From Sulfurimonas sp. (lineage in GTDB: Bacteria > Campylobacterota > Campylobacteria > Campylobacterales > Sulfurimonadaceae), in assembly GCA_034006465.1 (NCBI GenBank), contig JAVEST010000001.1:6116-70115 (forward strand): a stretch of 64,000 nucleotides of DNA, in the 5' to 3' direction. Both the position numbers and the translations under genes were made by a program. Below the pieces are notes generated by a model, which had not been told where the DNA came from, searched no databases, and worked only from the letters and a program-made list of their open reading frames with translations. This document shows positions 1-9,289 of this stretch, piece by piece; position 1 is the stretch's first letter; each line of letters begins with the position of its first letter.

Positions 1-2
1 AC

Positions 3-92
3 TATATTAGCGATTTGATTGATATTAGCGGTATGGAAATGGAAGAAGCGAGAACTATAATAAAAAAGGGGCTAGAAACTCATGAGATCTAG
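3..92 (+). CDS. 3' end of an upstream CDS entering the window (partial, unidentified)
   Basis: Open frame from base 3 reads YISDLIDISGMEMEEARTIIKKGLETHEI to TAG at 90-92 and overlaps the next ATG at 82. Confidence 0.5.
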   Translation, partial: YISDLIDISGMEMEEARTIIKKGLETHEI

Positions 93-537
93 AGTGTTGA
101 TTCCAATTGTAGCTTTTTTTCTAATCTTCCTTATGGCACTCTATTTTCTTATAAACCCATCCTATGAAAAATCCCTAAAAGCAAAATATTACTATGAGAT
201 AGGCGAGTATAAAGAGGCTCTTTTTTATGCAAAAGAGGCTTTTAGTATGGATATATATAACCGTATGGCATCTACAGTTATGGCTCAGTCTATCACCTCT
301 CTTAAGTATGTCTCTTATATAGAAGATGCAAGAGCCTATATGCAAGATATCAATAAAATTGCCACACATGAAGTAATCTCTAACGCTGATAGAGCAAAGA
401 TAAGAACCATTTGTGAGATAATGATAAGTTCATATAAAAAATTAGCACCAAGTGTTGTGACTGACGAGAACTTAGTAAATCAAGCGGCAACATATAATAA
501 AGATTTCGAGAAGTTACTTGAAAAAGTTAATAAGTAA
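82..537 (+). CDS. Membrane-anchored hypothetical protein with a TPR-like helical segment
   Basis: N-terminal hydrophobic helix (VLIPIVAFFLIFLMALYFLI) then AKYYYEIGEYKEALFYAKEA, a TPR-like pattern. Confidence 0.65.
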   Translation: MRSRVLIPIVAFFLIFLMALYFLINPSYEKSLKAKYYYEIGEYKEALFYAKEAFSMDIYNRMASTVMAQSITSLKYVSYIEDARAYMQDINKIATHEVISNADRAKIRTICEIMISSYKKLAPSVVTDENLVNQAATYNKDFEKLLEKVNK

Positions 538-1351
538 GAAAAGAGTAACCTTTTTAGAGCATCTTGAAAGCTTTAGGGGTTATTCGGATCTGACTATAAA
601 GAGTTATGACGAAGCTATACAAGAAGCGCTAGAGTATGTAGAAATTTACGAAGAAGATGAAAAAACCACTATCAACCTTATGCCATATCGCATAAAAATA
701 GCAAAATTAAATCCTAAGAGTATAAGTAAAAAACTAAGTGCTATAAGAGGCTTTGTAGAGTTTTTAAATGATAACGAAATGAGTGTTTTTCTAAAGGCAG
801 ATGATAGTATAAAAGTAGCAAAAACTCTACCAAAACCAATATCACATAAACATATAATAGAGGCGCTAGAATACGCAGATGAGTATGAGAGACTAATCGT
901 TGTTATGCTCTACACTTTAGGCCTTAGAATATCTGAACTTTGTGATTTAAAACTAAGTGATATATCTAGTGAGTGGATAAGAGTTTTAGGTAAAGGCGCT
1001 AAACATAGAGATGTACCACTTCTTAAATCAACCAAGAAACTCATAGATGAGTATTTGTCCAAAAACTCCCCAAAAGTATTTCTTTTTGAGGCAAATGATG
1101 AAAGATTAAGCCAAAACACTCTAAGATATAGGGTTAATAAAGTCTTTAAAAGGGTAGGATTAAAAGTGTCGCCACATCAACTCCGTCACTCTTATGCGAC
1201 AGAGTTACTAAATGGTAGTGCATCTATCGCTGATGTTAGTGAACTTTTAGGGCACTCTAGCATGGCTACAACTCAAATATATACAAAATTAGGCAGTGCA
1301 TTGAAACAACAAAACTATAACAAAGCACATCCTTTATGTGGAGATGAATAG
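518..1351 (+). CDS. Tyrosine recombinase/integrase, XerC/XerD-like, 277 aa
   Basis: All catalytic motifs present: GLRISEL (R), GKGAKHR (K), HQLRHSYA (HxxR), LLGHSS (H), TQIYT (Y). Confidence 0.93.
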   Translation: MKKLISKKRVTFLEHLESFRGYSDLTIKSYDEAIQEALEYVEIYEEDEKTTINLMPYRIKIAKLNPKSISKKLSAIRGFVEFLNDNEMSVFLKADDSIKVAKTLPKPISHKHIIEALEYADEYERLIVVMLYTLGLRISELCDLKLSDISSEWIRVLGKGAKHRDVPLLKSTKKLIDEYLSKNSPKVFLFEANDERLSQNTLRYRVNKVFKRVGLKVSPHQLRHSYATELLNGSASIADVSELLGHSSMATTQIYTKLGSALKQQNYNKAHPLCGDE

Positions 1352-2358
1352 TGCTTGGCAAACTTTTTGAATCCATCTATAGTAAGGTTTTCGTAGCTAT
1401 TGTTATTGAACGTTCAAAGAGTGTTGTATATATTCAAATAAGTAGTAAAAAACATACCCCTAAAAACTATCATAAAAGCTTTGAAGATACAGAGTTTACT
1501 ACAACTATGAGAGAGTATATTGACTCTTTTATAGGTGAATCACCTTTTTCTTATATCTGCGTTTTAGACTACTCAGAGGAACAAGGTGCTATCCCAACAT
1601 GTTCTACTAAAGATATGTCAGCCTTTGGCGACTTTAGTGCTTCAAAGATGATGTGCCATGAAAATGATTGGGCTTATTACACATCAGTATCAGGCATTGA
1701 GACAATCAAAAAAACCTATGCAGGCATAGGAGTTGATTTTATATTTTCCTCTTTTAGTATATTGTCTAGTTTTTTTAAAGATAAAATAGAGACACAGTTA
1801 GGACTCTTTGTTCTAGTAGAAGAAAACTACATTACAGTAGGTGTTTTTGATAAAATGAAGCTCCTATTTGGCGAGCATTTATATGTTGGACATGATAACA
1901 ATCAAGATGAGATGATGATGGATTCATCAGATTCTGAGATTGATTTGGATTTAGAATCTAGTATAGATTTAGATGATATTGACACTATGAGTGATATTGA
2001 TGGTTTGGATGATTTTGGAGATATTGAAGATCTTGATGCCATAGATGAGATAGATGAATTTTCACAATCTCAAGATGATGATTTTTTAGATGAAGAGGAT
2101 GATTTTTTAGTTCAAGGCCCAAGTAGTTTTAATGAGGATTATCAAAGATTTACAGCTATTCAAAATTCTGTAAATAGGTTTTATAAAGACTCTAAATATC
2201 AAAGTAAATTTATAGAGACTGTTTATATCGCTGATGCTATAGGGGTAAGTGCTGATCTTAAAACATACCTTGAAGAAGAGATGTTCTTTAGCGTTTTTGT
2301 TAGACATATAGATCTTGGTGGTGAGATGATTGACCTTGCAAAGGCAGAGTTAAAATGA
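1351..2358 (+). CDS. Hypothetical protein with a long Asp/Glu-rich tract; putative PilM-like
   Basis: GTG start overlaps the recombinase stop; no transmembrane helix; acidic low-complexity stretch; first gene of a trio with PilN/PilO-like genes. Confidence 0.5.
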   Translation: MLGKLFESIYSKVFVAIVIERSKSVVYIQISSKKHTPKNYHKSFEDTEFTTTMREYIDSFIGESPFSYICVLDYSEEQGAIPTCSTKDMSAFGDFSASKMMCHENDWAYYTSVSGIETIKKTYAGIGVDFIFSSFSILSSFFKDKIETQLGLFVLVEENYITVGVFDKMKLLFGEHLYVGHDNNQDEMMMDSSDSEIDLDLESSIDLDDIDTMSDIDGLDDFGDIEDLDAIDEIDEFSQSQDDDFLDEEDDFLVQGPSSFNEDYQRFTAIQNSVNRFYKDSKYQSKFIETVYIADAIGVSADLKTYLEEEMFFSVFVRHIDLGGEMIDLAKAELK

Positions 2359-2918
2359 AATATAGTTATATAAAACCACGTAAAAAAAGTGTGATATCTG
2401 CAGAGCTAAAGTTAATCTTTAGTTTTTTCAGCATTACACTTATTATGCTTTTTTTAACTTATTTCTTTTTATTTTTTAAAGATTATAGATTTACTCAAAA
2501 TATAGAAGATATAAAACAAAAGATGATTGAGTTAGAAGCAAGTGTGCAAAAGATGAACTCACAGATAACTTTTATAGAAAAAGAAGTCCAACTTAGTGAG
2601 AGAATAAGCACTAAAAATACAGTACTAAAAGACTCTATAGCAAATCTTTTTGATCTTGTTCCACAAAGAATAACTCTATCACAAGCTACACTCTTAAAAA
2701 ATGGGCTAATACTCCATGGAATAACACCCAACAAAGATGTCTATAATTTTATGCTCCAAGCACCTCTTCGCTCTATCTTCCACAGAACTTATAGCAGTTT
2801 TTATGAGAGCCAAAATGGCTGGCTTAAGTTTGTTTCTACAAACTATATAGATGAAGAAGAGTTATCGCTAGAGTCTCCTAGATATGAGGAAGAAAAAGAG
2901 GTTGATGATGAAGATTAA
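2355..2918 (+). CDS. PilN-like bitopic membrane protein
   Basis: Short basic N-terminus, one TM helix, coiled coil, then LFDLVPQRITLSQATLLKNGLILHG resembling the PilN periplasmic domain; ATGA overlap with the upstream gene. Confidence 0.65.
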   Translation: MKYSYIKPRKKSVISAELKLIFSFFSITLIMLFLTYFFLFFKDYRFTQNIEDIKQKMIELEASVQKMNSQITFIEKEVQLSERISTKNTVLKDSIANLFDLVPQRITLSQATLLKNGLILHGITPNKDVYNFMLQAPLRSIFHRTYSSFYESQNGWLKFVSTNYIDEEELSLESPRYEEEKEVDDED

Positions 2919-3438
2919 TATAACAAAACAGAGCCTATATCTTCTTTTTTTCTCGATAATATTACTACTATTTGTGCTAATTTTTTCCTTTTTAGTTCTT
3001 ATCCCTGAGGGAAAAAACTATAGAGAACAAAGAGGAGTCCTAAATAAAGAGGCTATGGAGCTTAGAAGATATGAAGAGTTTACAGATAAAACTTTAGATA
3101 AGCTAAAGCAGTTACAGTCTGATAATGCCCATATAATAACCTCTTTTGACAACTCTTTTAATCCTGCAAGATTCAAAAAACTATTTAGAAATTATTTTAT
3201 ATCCCTAGAGTTATTAGAACAAAAACAACTAGCCGATGAAGACGAGTTTAGTGTTTATGAGGTAAATACAACTTCATCTATAAACTCTCCACAAAGTTTT
3301 TATAACTTCTTAGATGCAATAAACAAGTCTGATTGGATTATAGGTGTAAACTTTCCTATAGAGTTTAAACGAGACCATGAACTTATAAGTTCATCTTTTA
3401 CTATGAGAGTCTATAGAAGCAAAAAAGTATCACAGTAG
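2908..3438 (+). CDS. PilO-like bitopic membrane protein
   Basis: TM helix, coiled coil, then FYNFLDAINKSDWIIGV and a terminal beta-strand resembling PilO; start placed at ATG 2908 after a GAGG RBS. Confidence 0.62.
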   Translation: MKINITKQSLYLLFFSIILLLFVLIFSFLVLIPEGKNYREQRGVLNKEAMELRRYEEFTDKTLDKLKQLQSDNAHIITSFDNSFNPARFKKLFRNYFISLELLEQKQLADEDEFSVYEVNTTSSINSPQSFYNFLDAINKSDWIIGVNFPIEFKRDHELISSSFTMRVYRSKKVSQ

Positions 3439-4425
3439 TAGTTCTTTTACCTTTGTAAAAGTTTCTCTGTTTGTGTAGAGAAATGGACGCATCTTAGGCT
3501 CTATTTTTAAAACTCTACACTCCTCTTTAAACTCTTTAGTCATGGAACTTTTTGCATCTAAATAGGGCAAGATAAAAACAAACCCTTTTGAGAAACTCAC
3601 CAAAAACTCTCTTCCTGCGACTAAGCTACTCTGTTTAAGAAGTAACTCTCTCTCACTAAAGCTAAGCATATAAGATTTTGTCTTTAGAATCTTATCTATT
3701 ATAAAGATATCTGAACGAATGTTCTTAGTGGATTTAAAATAGCTTAGCTCTTTTATATGAGCAATCTCAACTTGTGGGATAAGGCTTTCTCTATCAGCAT
3801 CTAGGTACTCAAAACTCTTTTTGATGCCATTTAAGTACTCATCTAGCAGAACATTTGTATGCTTATGTCTAAAAGAGTTTCGCTTTATATCTTTATCTCT
3901 GTTTGTTGCATCTTCAAAGTATTTTATAGAGTTGTTTTTGAGATAGATATATAGTTCACTCTTATCAAGATGCAGAAGTGGGCGGACTAGGGTGTAGCCA
4001 TCTCTCGTCTGCACTCTTTGCATCCCAGCCATCTCCGCACATCCAGCACCTCTACAAAACTGCATGAGCATCCACTCAAATCTATCGCCAAGATGATGAG
4101 CAGTTAAGAGATTTTCATAAAAGTGTTTTTTTATAAGAGATTCAAAAAAATCGTATCTTATCTCTCTAGCTTTTGCTTCAAAGTTAGACTCGATGCTAGG
4201 AGCATCTAGAGTGTGGCAGAGTAGATTGTGCTTTAGAGCTAACTCTTTAGCATAAGAGACTTCCAGCTCACTCTGTGCTCTTTGTTTGTAGTTTACTATA
4301 GCTATATCAAACTCTATACCTTCACCTAAAAGCAGGAAAAAAAGGGCTGAAGAGTCCACTCCACCTGAGAATGCTAAGAGGTTTTTTTTACCCCTTAGTT
4401 GGTGCAGAGTAGAGTGTTCAAGCAT
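3430..4425 (-). CDS. tilS: tRNA(Ile)-lysidine synthase
   Basis: PP-loop AFSGGVDS, AREIRY, TAHHLGD, LVRPLL and RNSFRH motifs. Confidence 0.93.
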   Translation of the reverse strand: MLEHSTLHQLRGKKNLLAFSGGVDSSALFFLLLGEGIEFDIAIVNYKQRAQSELEVSYAKELALKHNLLCHTLDAPSIESNFEAKAREIRYDFFESLIKKHFYENLLTAHHLGDRFEWMLMQFCRGAGCAEMAGMQRVQTRDGYTLVRPLLHLDKSELYIYLKNNSIKYFEDATNRDKDIKRNSFRHKHTNVLLDEYLNGIKKSFEYLDADRESLIPQVEIAHIKELSYFKSTKNIRSDIFIIDKILKTKSYMLSFSERELLLKQSSLVAGREFLVSFSKGFVFILPYLDAKSSMTKEFKEECRVLKIEPKMRPFLYTNRETFTKVKELLL

Positions 4426-4430
4426 AAACT

Positions 4431-5813
4431 TTAGTCTCTGTTATCAACTGTTAGAGTAAAAGTGTCACCTATAGGTTTCGAGACTGAAGTCCCACTTCCA
4501 AAAGAGTTATCAACTGTTGCAGTTAGAGTGTCGCCTATAAGCTCAGTGATTTTTGCTATATAAATCTTACCAAACTCCAGTTCTGTGTCTTCTTTTCTAT
4601 CATTTACATAGATTTCGCCATCAATCTCAGGCGCCCACATAAGCTCTTTTGCACTTAGAAGATACTCATGCTCATCACTCTCTTTATCGATGATGATTTT
4701 TGTATCCATTTGCACTCTTTTTTCTAAAGACTCACTTCTTACTTTTGAAGCTATATCTCCCAGTGTTTGAGCTCTTTTGGCTATGGTTTTTGCTGAGATT
4801 TTATCGCTCATATCGTAAGCTGGGGTTGTCTCCTCATCGGAGTATGAAAAGACATTTATCCTATCAAAACCAAACGAAGATGCAAACTCCGTCATCTCAA
4901 GAAACATCTCTTTTGTCTCTTTTGGATGCCCAACTATAAAGCTCGTTCTTATAAATGAGTTAGGCAGACTCTTCATAAAGTCTAAAAGCTCTAGCGTTTT
5001 ACTTTTGCCAAAACCTCTCTTCATGATGCCCAGCATCTCATCGTTAATATGCTGGATGGGCATATCAAAATAGTTATGAAAAATCTCACTCTTTGCAATG
5101 TTTTTTAAAAGAGAGATAGTTGTTGTTGATGGATATAAGTAGAGGATGCGAGCACTTTTTACGCCCTCGATAAGCTCTATGCGTTGTATAAGTAGGCTTA
5201 GCCCATCTTTGATGTTTTGGTCTCTTAAAAACGAAGAGCTATCTTGTGATACAAAGCTAAAATCATAGTAACCCTTAGCCACTAAAGACTCAACTTCTTT
5301 TGCGATAGAGTCAAGGTTACGAGAGTTTAGCTTACCTTTAAAAGAGGGAATAGCACAAAAACTACAAGTTTGGTTGCAACCTTCTGAGAGTTTGATGTAG
5401 GCGTGATAAGTTGAACCAGTTACTACTCTCTCGCTTCCATCTATAAGAAAAACTTCATCTGAGAAACGGCTCTTTTTCTCTTTTAGTAACTCATCAATGC
5501 GGTCATAATCGCCAACTCCAGTAAAGATATCTACCTCTGGCATCTGCGTTGCTAAGTCCTTTTTATATCTCTCACTAAGGCATCCTGCCATCACTAAAAC
5601 AGAGTCCTCTTTTCTTGCTTCATGAAGAGATAAAACGGTGTTTATAGACTCCTCTTTTGCAGCATCTATAAACCCACATGTATTTACGATGATAACATCA
5701 GCTTCATCTTGTCTATCAGTGAGTGTAAAGTTTTGAAGTTTGCCCATCATAACTTCAGTATCGACAAGATTTTTAGTGCATCCAAGAGAGACTATATGGA
5801 GTTTGTTGCTCAT
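4431..5813 (-). CDS. rimO: Ribosomal protein S12 methylthiotransferase (radical SAM)
   Basis: SLGCTKNLVDTE, NTCGFI, GCNQTCSFCAIP (CxxxCxxC), APEIDG and a C-terminal TRAM-like region. Confidence 0.95.
   Translation of the reverse strand: MSNKLHIVSLGCTKNLVDTEVMMGKLQNFTLTDRQDEADVIIVNTCGFIDAAKEESINTVLSLHEARKEDSVLVMAGCLSERYKKDLATQMPEVDIFTGVGDYDRIDELLKEKKSRFSDEVFLIDGSERVVTGSTYHAYIKLSEGCNQTCSFCAIPSFKGKLNSRNLDSIAKEVESLVAKGYYDFSFVSQDSSSFLRDQNIKDGLSLLIQRIELIEGVKSARILYLYPSTTTISLLKNIAKSEIFHNYFDMPIQHINDEMLGIMKRGFGKSKTLELLDFMKSLPNSFIRTSFIVGHPKETKEMFLEMTEFASSFGFDRINVFSYSDEETTPAYDMSDKISAKTIAKRAQTLGDIASKVRSESLEKRVQMDTKIIIDKESDEHEYLLSAKELMWAPEIDGEIYVNDRKEDTELEFGKIYIAKITELIGDTLTATVDNSFGSGTSVSKPIGDTFTLTVDNRD
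4440..4539. repeat. 34-bp imperfect direct repeat inside the 3' end of rimO
   Basis: gttatcaactgtt...agtgtc(a/g)cctata at 4440-4473 and 4506-4539, encoding IGDTLTATVDN and IGDTFTLTVDN. Confidence 0.85.
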
Positions 5814-5875
5814 TATTACTACTTTTGTAAAAATTTTCGTAATTATATCTAAGTTAGTGGTGTAACAAACTAAAA

Positions 5876-5884
5876 TGCTACAAT
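5876..5884 (+). promoter_or_regulatory. Extended -10 promoter (TGCTACAAT), probably giving a leaderless mRNA
   Basis: TGnTACAAT lies 6 nt before ATG 5891 and there is no Shine-Dalgarno sequence. Confidence 0.6.
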
Positions 5885-5890
5885 ACGCCC

Positions 5891-7045
5891 ATGAAAATAT
5901 ATGATGTTTTAATCCTCGGCGGAGGGGCTAGTTCTTTGATGTGTGGAGCTCATTTGAGCAAGAAGTTAAATGTTGGCATCATCGATGTTAACGCTAAGGT
6001 TGCACAAAAACTCAAAATCTCTGGTGGTGGAAAGTGTAATATTACAAATACCATAATGAGCGAGAAAAACTTTGACGCTGATGCGGAGCTTATAGATAGT
6101 GTTTTGAGTCGTTTTAGTAGAGATGATTTGCTAGAGTTTTTAAGGCAAAATGGACTTAGTCCAGTTGTGCGAAAAAGCCGTTACTATTTTTGCAAAGACT
6201 CATCTGAAGAGATTATAAATATCTTAAAAAAACTCACCTCAAAACACACTTTTATGCTAAATACGGAGATATTAGAAGTTAGTAAAAGAGATGAGATTTT
6301 TTGTGTTAAAACAAACAAGGGCGAGATTAAAGCCAAAAAAATTGTAGTAGCAACAGGGGCTAAGAGTTACAAAACCTTAGGAGCTAGTGAGATAGGGCTT
6401 GACATTGCTAAAAGCTTTGAAGTTGCAACAAAAGAGTTTACTCCTGCACTTGTGGGCTTAACTCTTCAAAAAGAGCAGTTTTGGATGAAAGAGCTAAGCG
6501 GACTTAGTTGTAATGTTCGCATAAAAGTAGAAGATAGAGTCTTGGAAGAGGATTTGCTTTTTGCGCACAAAGGCATTAGCGGACCTGTTATTCTTAGTGC
6601 ATCTCTATATTGGAAAAAGGGAAATATCTCTATAGATTTTTTACCAGATAGAGATATATCAGAACTTACAAGGGGAAGCAAGAAACTTATAAGTTCGGTT
6701 ATACCTTTGCCAAAAAGACTTAGTGTAGCGATACTTAAGGCCTTAGATGTTGTAGATGTAGAGTGCAAAAAAATCACAAAAGAGCAAAAAGAAAAACTTC
6801 AAAATATCCATAACTATGAATTCGCCCCAGCTGGAAACTTTGGCTTTACTAAGGCTGAGGTTTGCCGTGGTGGAGTCCTCTGCTCTGAGTTAGACTTTAA
6901 AACTCTAGAGTCAAAAAAGGTTAAAAACCTACACTTTATAGGTGAGGTCGTAGATGTGACGGGAGAACTTGGAGGTTACAACTTCCAGTGGGCTTTTAGT
7001 AGCGGCACTGTTTGTGCAAGAGAGATAAATAACTCTATCTCGTGA
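5891..7045 (+). CDS. HI0933/BaiN-family NAD(P)/FAD-dependent oxidoreductase
   Basis: GGGASS dinucleotide fold, KLKISGGGKCNITN, AEVCRGGV, GELGGYNFQWAFSSG. Confidence 0.93.
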   Translation: MKIYDVLILGGGASSLMCGAHLSKKLNVGIIDVNAKVAQKLKISGGGKCNITNTIMSEKNFDADAELIDSVLSRFSRDDLLEFLRQNGLSPVVRKSRYYFCKDSSEEIINILKKLTSKHTFMLNTEILEVSKRDEIFCVKTNKGEIKAKKIVVATGAKSYKTLGASEIGLDIAKSFEVATKEFTPALVGLTLQKEQFWMKELSGLSCNVRIKVEDRVLEEDLLFAHKGISGPVILSASLYWKKGNISIDFLPDRDISELTRGSKKLISSVIPLPKRLSVAILKALDVVDVECKKITKEQKEKLQNIHNYEFAPAGNFGFTKAEVCRGGVLCSELDFKTLESKKVKNLHFIGEVVDVTGELGGYNFQWAFSSGTVCAREINNSIS

Positions 7046-7070
7046 ACTTCTTGCAAGTAGTGTGACAAAA

Positions 7071-7198
7071 CTAGGAAGTGAGGCTTCTATGAATGCTAAC
7101 CAATGGCATCCTTTATGATGAGCCTTGCACAGTGTAGTTTTAAAATTAGAGCATAAATTTATAAGCCTTGTCTGCGAGGTTAAAACCTCGCTTCCTAG
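7071..7198. repeat. REP-like inverted pair with an internal palindrome
   Basis: ctaggaagtgagg (7071-7083) matches the reverse complement of 7186-7198 at 12/13; hairpin gcgaggt-taaa-acctcgc at 7174-7191. Confidence 0.5.
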
Positions 7199-7227
7199 AA
7201 GAGATAACAATAGATAAAATAAGCATT

Positions 7228-9135
7228 TTACTCAACCACAGTCCGCATAGAGACATTTAGTGCGACTTCATCATCTATGTGCTCAGATATTTTTTTCTTT
7301 AAACTTACCAAATCTTCTTTACTTAAAAGTGTATCGCTTCTTGTTTTTATGTAGAGGAGTGGAATCTTAGAACTTAGATCTACTTCTAAAACGCTAATAT
7401 CGATCTTTTTATTATCTATGATGTAGATTTTGTTGTTTAGTTTGCTTAGGATGCTGTTTTGCTTGATGAGTTTTGTAAAGGAGACTATCAAGGGGATTGC
7501 CACTAAAGCTAAAATTATAGAGGTATAAAGCAGTCCTTTTCTTGCTCTTTTTAGTGGTGAGTATCCTAAGACTAAAAATGTTAAAGATGCAGAGAGTGTG
7601 ATACCTACGAGGTTGGTGATAAAGAGTAAGAATGAGCCATAAATGATGTCTATATTGCCCCAACCTATACCGATTCCCGTTACACTTAGTGGCGGAATAA
7701 GAGCTACGGCTATTGCCACTCCTGCTAAACTCTTAGCGACTTCACTTTTTGAGCTTGCGTAAGCTCCAGCAATTCCTGAGATAATGGCTACCATAAGGTC
7801 GAGTACATTTGGATTTAGTCGCCCTCGCATCTCTGGTGTTAGCTCTGATAGAGGCATAGAATAGGTGTAGATGCAGGAGAAAAACAGAGCTGTAACTACA
7901 CCGTATGCCAATGTTTTAATACTGCTGCTAATGAGTTGATTTTCAGCTCTAACTACACCCATGGAGAGTGAGATTATAGGGCCCATAAGCGGTGCTAAAA
8001 TCATCGCACCAATGATAACTGGAGCTGAGTTTTGAAACAAACCTGTAGTTGAGAGGAGTGTACTTAGTACCATTAGCACTATAAAGATTGAGCTAAACTT
8101 TGAACTCTCTCTTAGTGAGAGAAATAGATCTTTAAAGTCATCTTCTTCTGCTCTTTTAAAGAAGGGAACAGTCTCACTCAAAAGAGAGCTTACCATCTCA
8201 CCTTTTGGCAAGTCGTTTGTTTTTATAGTATCTTTTTCATCTTCTGTTGTAAGTGTTTTTGGTAACTCTTTTATCTCTCTGCCTAAAGAGATACTAAGAG
8301 CCTCTTTTATAACCTCTAAATCAATAACTTTAGAGCTTACTAAACTCTCATCTATTTTAAAATCCATAGGCTTAGAACTTGTGATATTTAACTTTGAAGT
8401 TTTTATAACGCCTATACTTCTAGGAAGATTGCTTAGTGAAATTTTACTATAAAAAAATACCAAAAAGAGATAATAGATATAGGACAAGATGCTTGTAGGT
8501 GAGAGTATAAAAGCATTTAGTTTGCCATCTTGAAATGAAAAATCTTCATTATCTCTGTTGTTGCTGGCATATTTTACACTGTGCTTAAGTATCAAAATGC
8601 CAGTTGCTGCGGTATGGAGTTCATAATCTTTTATAGTTGTAAAGGTAAAATCTTTAAAGCTTAGATGTCTTATATGTATAAAAAAGTTTTTAACTTTTGC
8701 GAAGAAAAATCTCTTCTCTAAGCTGACATTGTTTAGCCCATGAACGTTTCCTATAATGATGCTTGTTAGAGCAGGTTCACCGTTACAAAGAAGTATATCT
8801 ACTTTTATGTATCTTGAACTCTTTAACGAATCTTCAAGAGCTTCATGGATGTCTTTTGAGACTCCATAGCTTGAGATGGTTTTAGGATTATTAGTAGTTG
8901 GAAGGATGGCTATATTTATATCACTATTTAAGTGATTTTTAAAAAAAACTTTTATTGTCTCATCACTAAGATATAACAAAGCAAATGCTTTTGATTCATT
9001 CGCATCAATAGTCTCATTATAGTATTTTAACTCTACCTCTAGCTCATAGTGAGTTTTTATAAGCAGGACCAAGTCACCAAAAGCAGTCGTTTGTTCTTCA
9101 TCTTTGCTTGTAACTAAAAAAACTTTTTTTATCAT
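7228..9135 (-). CDS. TIGR00341/DUF389 membrane protein with an N-terminal diacylglycerol-kinase-like region
   Basis: PVIIGAMILAPLMGPI and GVAIAVALIPPLSV DUF389 motifs, multiple TM helices, long soluble N-terminus. Confidence 0.85.
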   Translation of the reverse strand: MIKKVFLVTSKDEEQTTAFGDLVLLIKTHYELEVELKYYNETIDANESKAFALLYLSDETIKVFFKNHLNSDINIAILPTTNNPKTISSYGVSKDIHEALEDSLKSSRYIKVDILLCNGEPALTSIIIGNVHGLNNVSLEKRFFFAKVKNFFIHIRHLSFKDFTFTTIKDYELHTAATGILILKHSVKYASNNRDNEDFSFQDGKLNAFILSPTSILSYIYYLFLVFFYSKISLSNLPRSIGVIKTSKLNITSSKPMDFKIDESLVSSKVIDLEVIKEALSISLGREIKELPKTLTTEDEKDTIKTNDLPKGEMVSSLLSETVPFFKRAEEDDFKDLFLSLRESSKFSSIFIVLMVLSTLLSTTGLFQNSAPVIIGAMILAPLMGPIISLSMGVVRAENQLISSSIKTLAYGVVTALFFSCIYTYSMPLSELTPEMRGRLNPNVLDLMVAIISGIAGAYASSKSEVAKSLAGVAIAVALIPPLSVTGIGIGWGNIDIIYGSFLLFITNLVGITLSASLTFLVLGYSPLKRARKGLLYTSIILALVAIPLIVSFTKLIKQNSILSKLNNKIYIIDNKKIDISVLEVDLSSKIPLLYIKTRSDTLLSKEDLVSLKKKISEHIDDEVALNVSMRTVVE

Positions 9136-9226
9136 TAGATTTCTACTTTTAACTAGAGTTTGTTTAAACTTTGGATTATATCATTATTTATAAAGCCTAA
9201 TTGAATGCTTTATAGAATTAGTAAGA

Positions 9227-9289
9227 TAGATCCTGAATTAAGTTCAGGATGACGAGTGTCCCGTCATTTTGTGCTTGACACGGAATCTA
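9227..9289. repeat. Pair of divergent GTCA-hairpin-TCTA REP-like palindromes
   Basis: atcctgaa-ttaag-ttcaggat (9230-9250) and attttgtg-cttga-cacggaat (9266-9286); each is bounded by GTCA/TCTA, in opposite orientations. Confidence 0.6.

Noticed and set aside
518-1351. Prophage or integrative element anchored on the recombinase
   Set aside because: No phage, conjugation or att-like features nearby; flanking genes are coupled and chromosomal-looking. No dif-like site was recognised.
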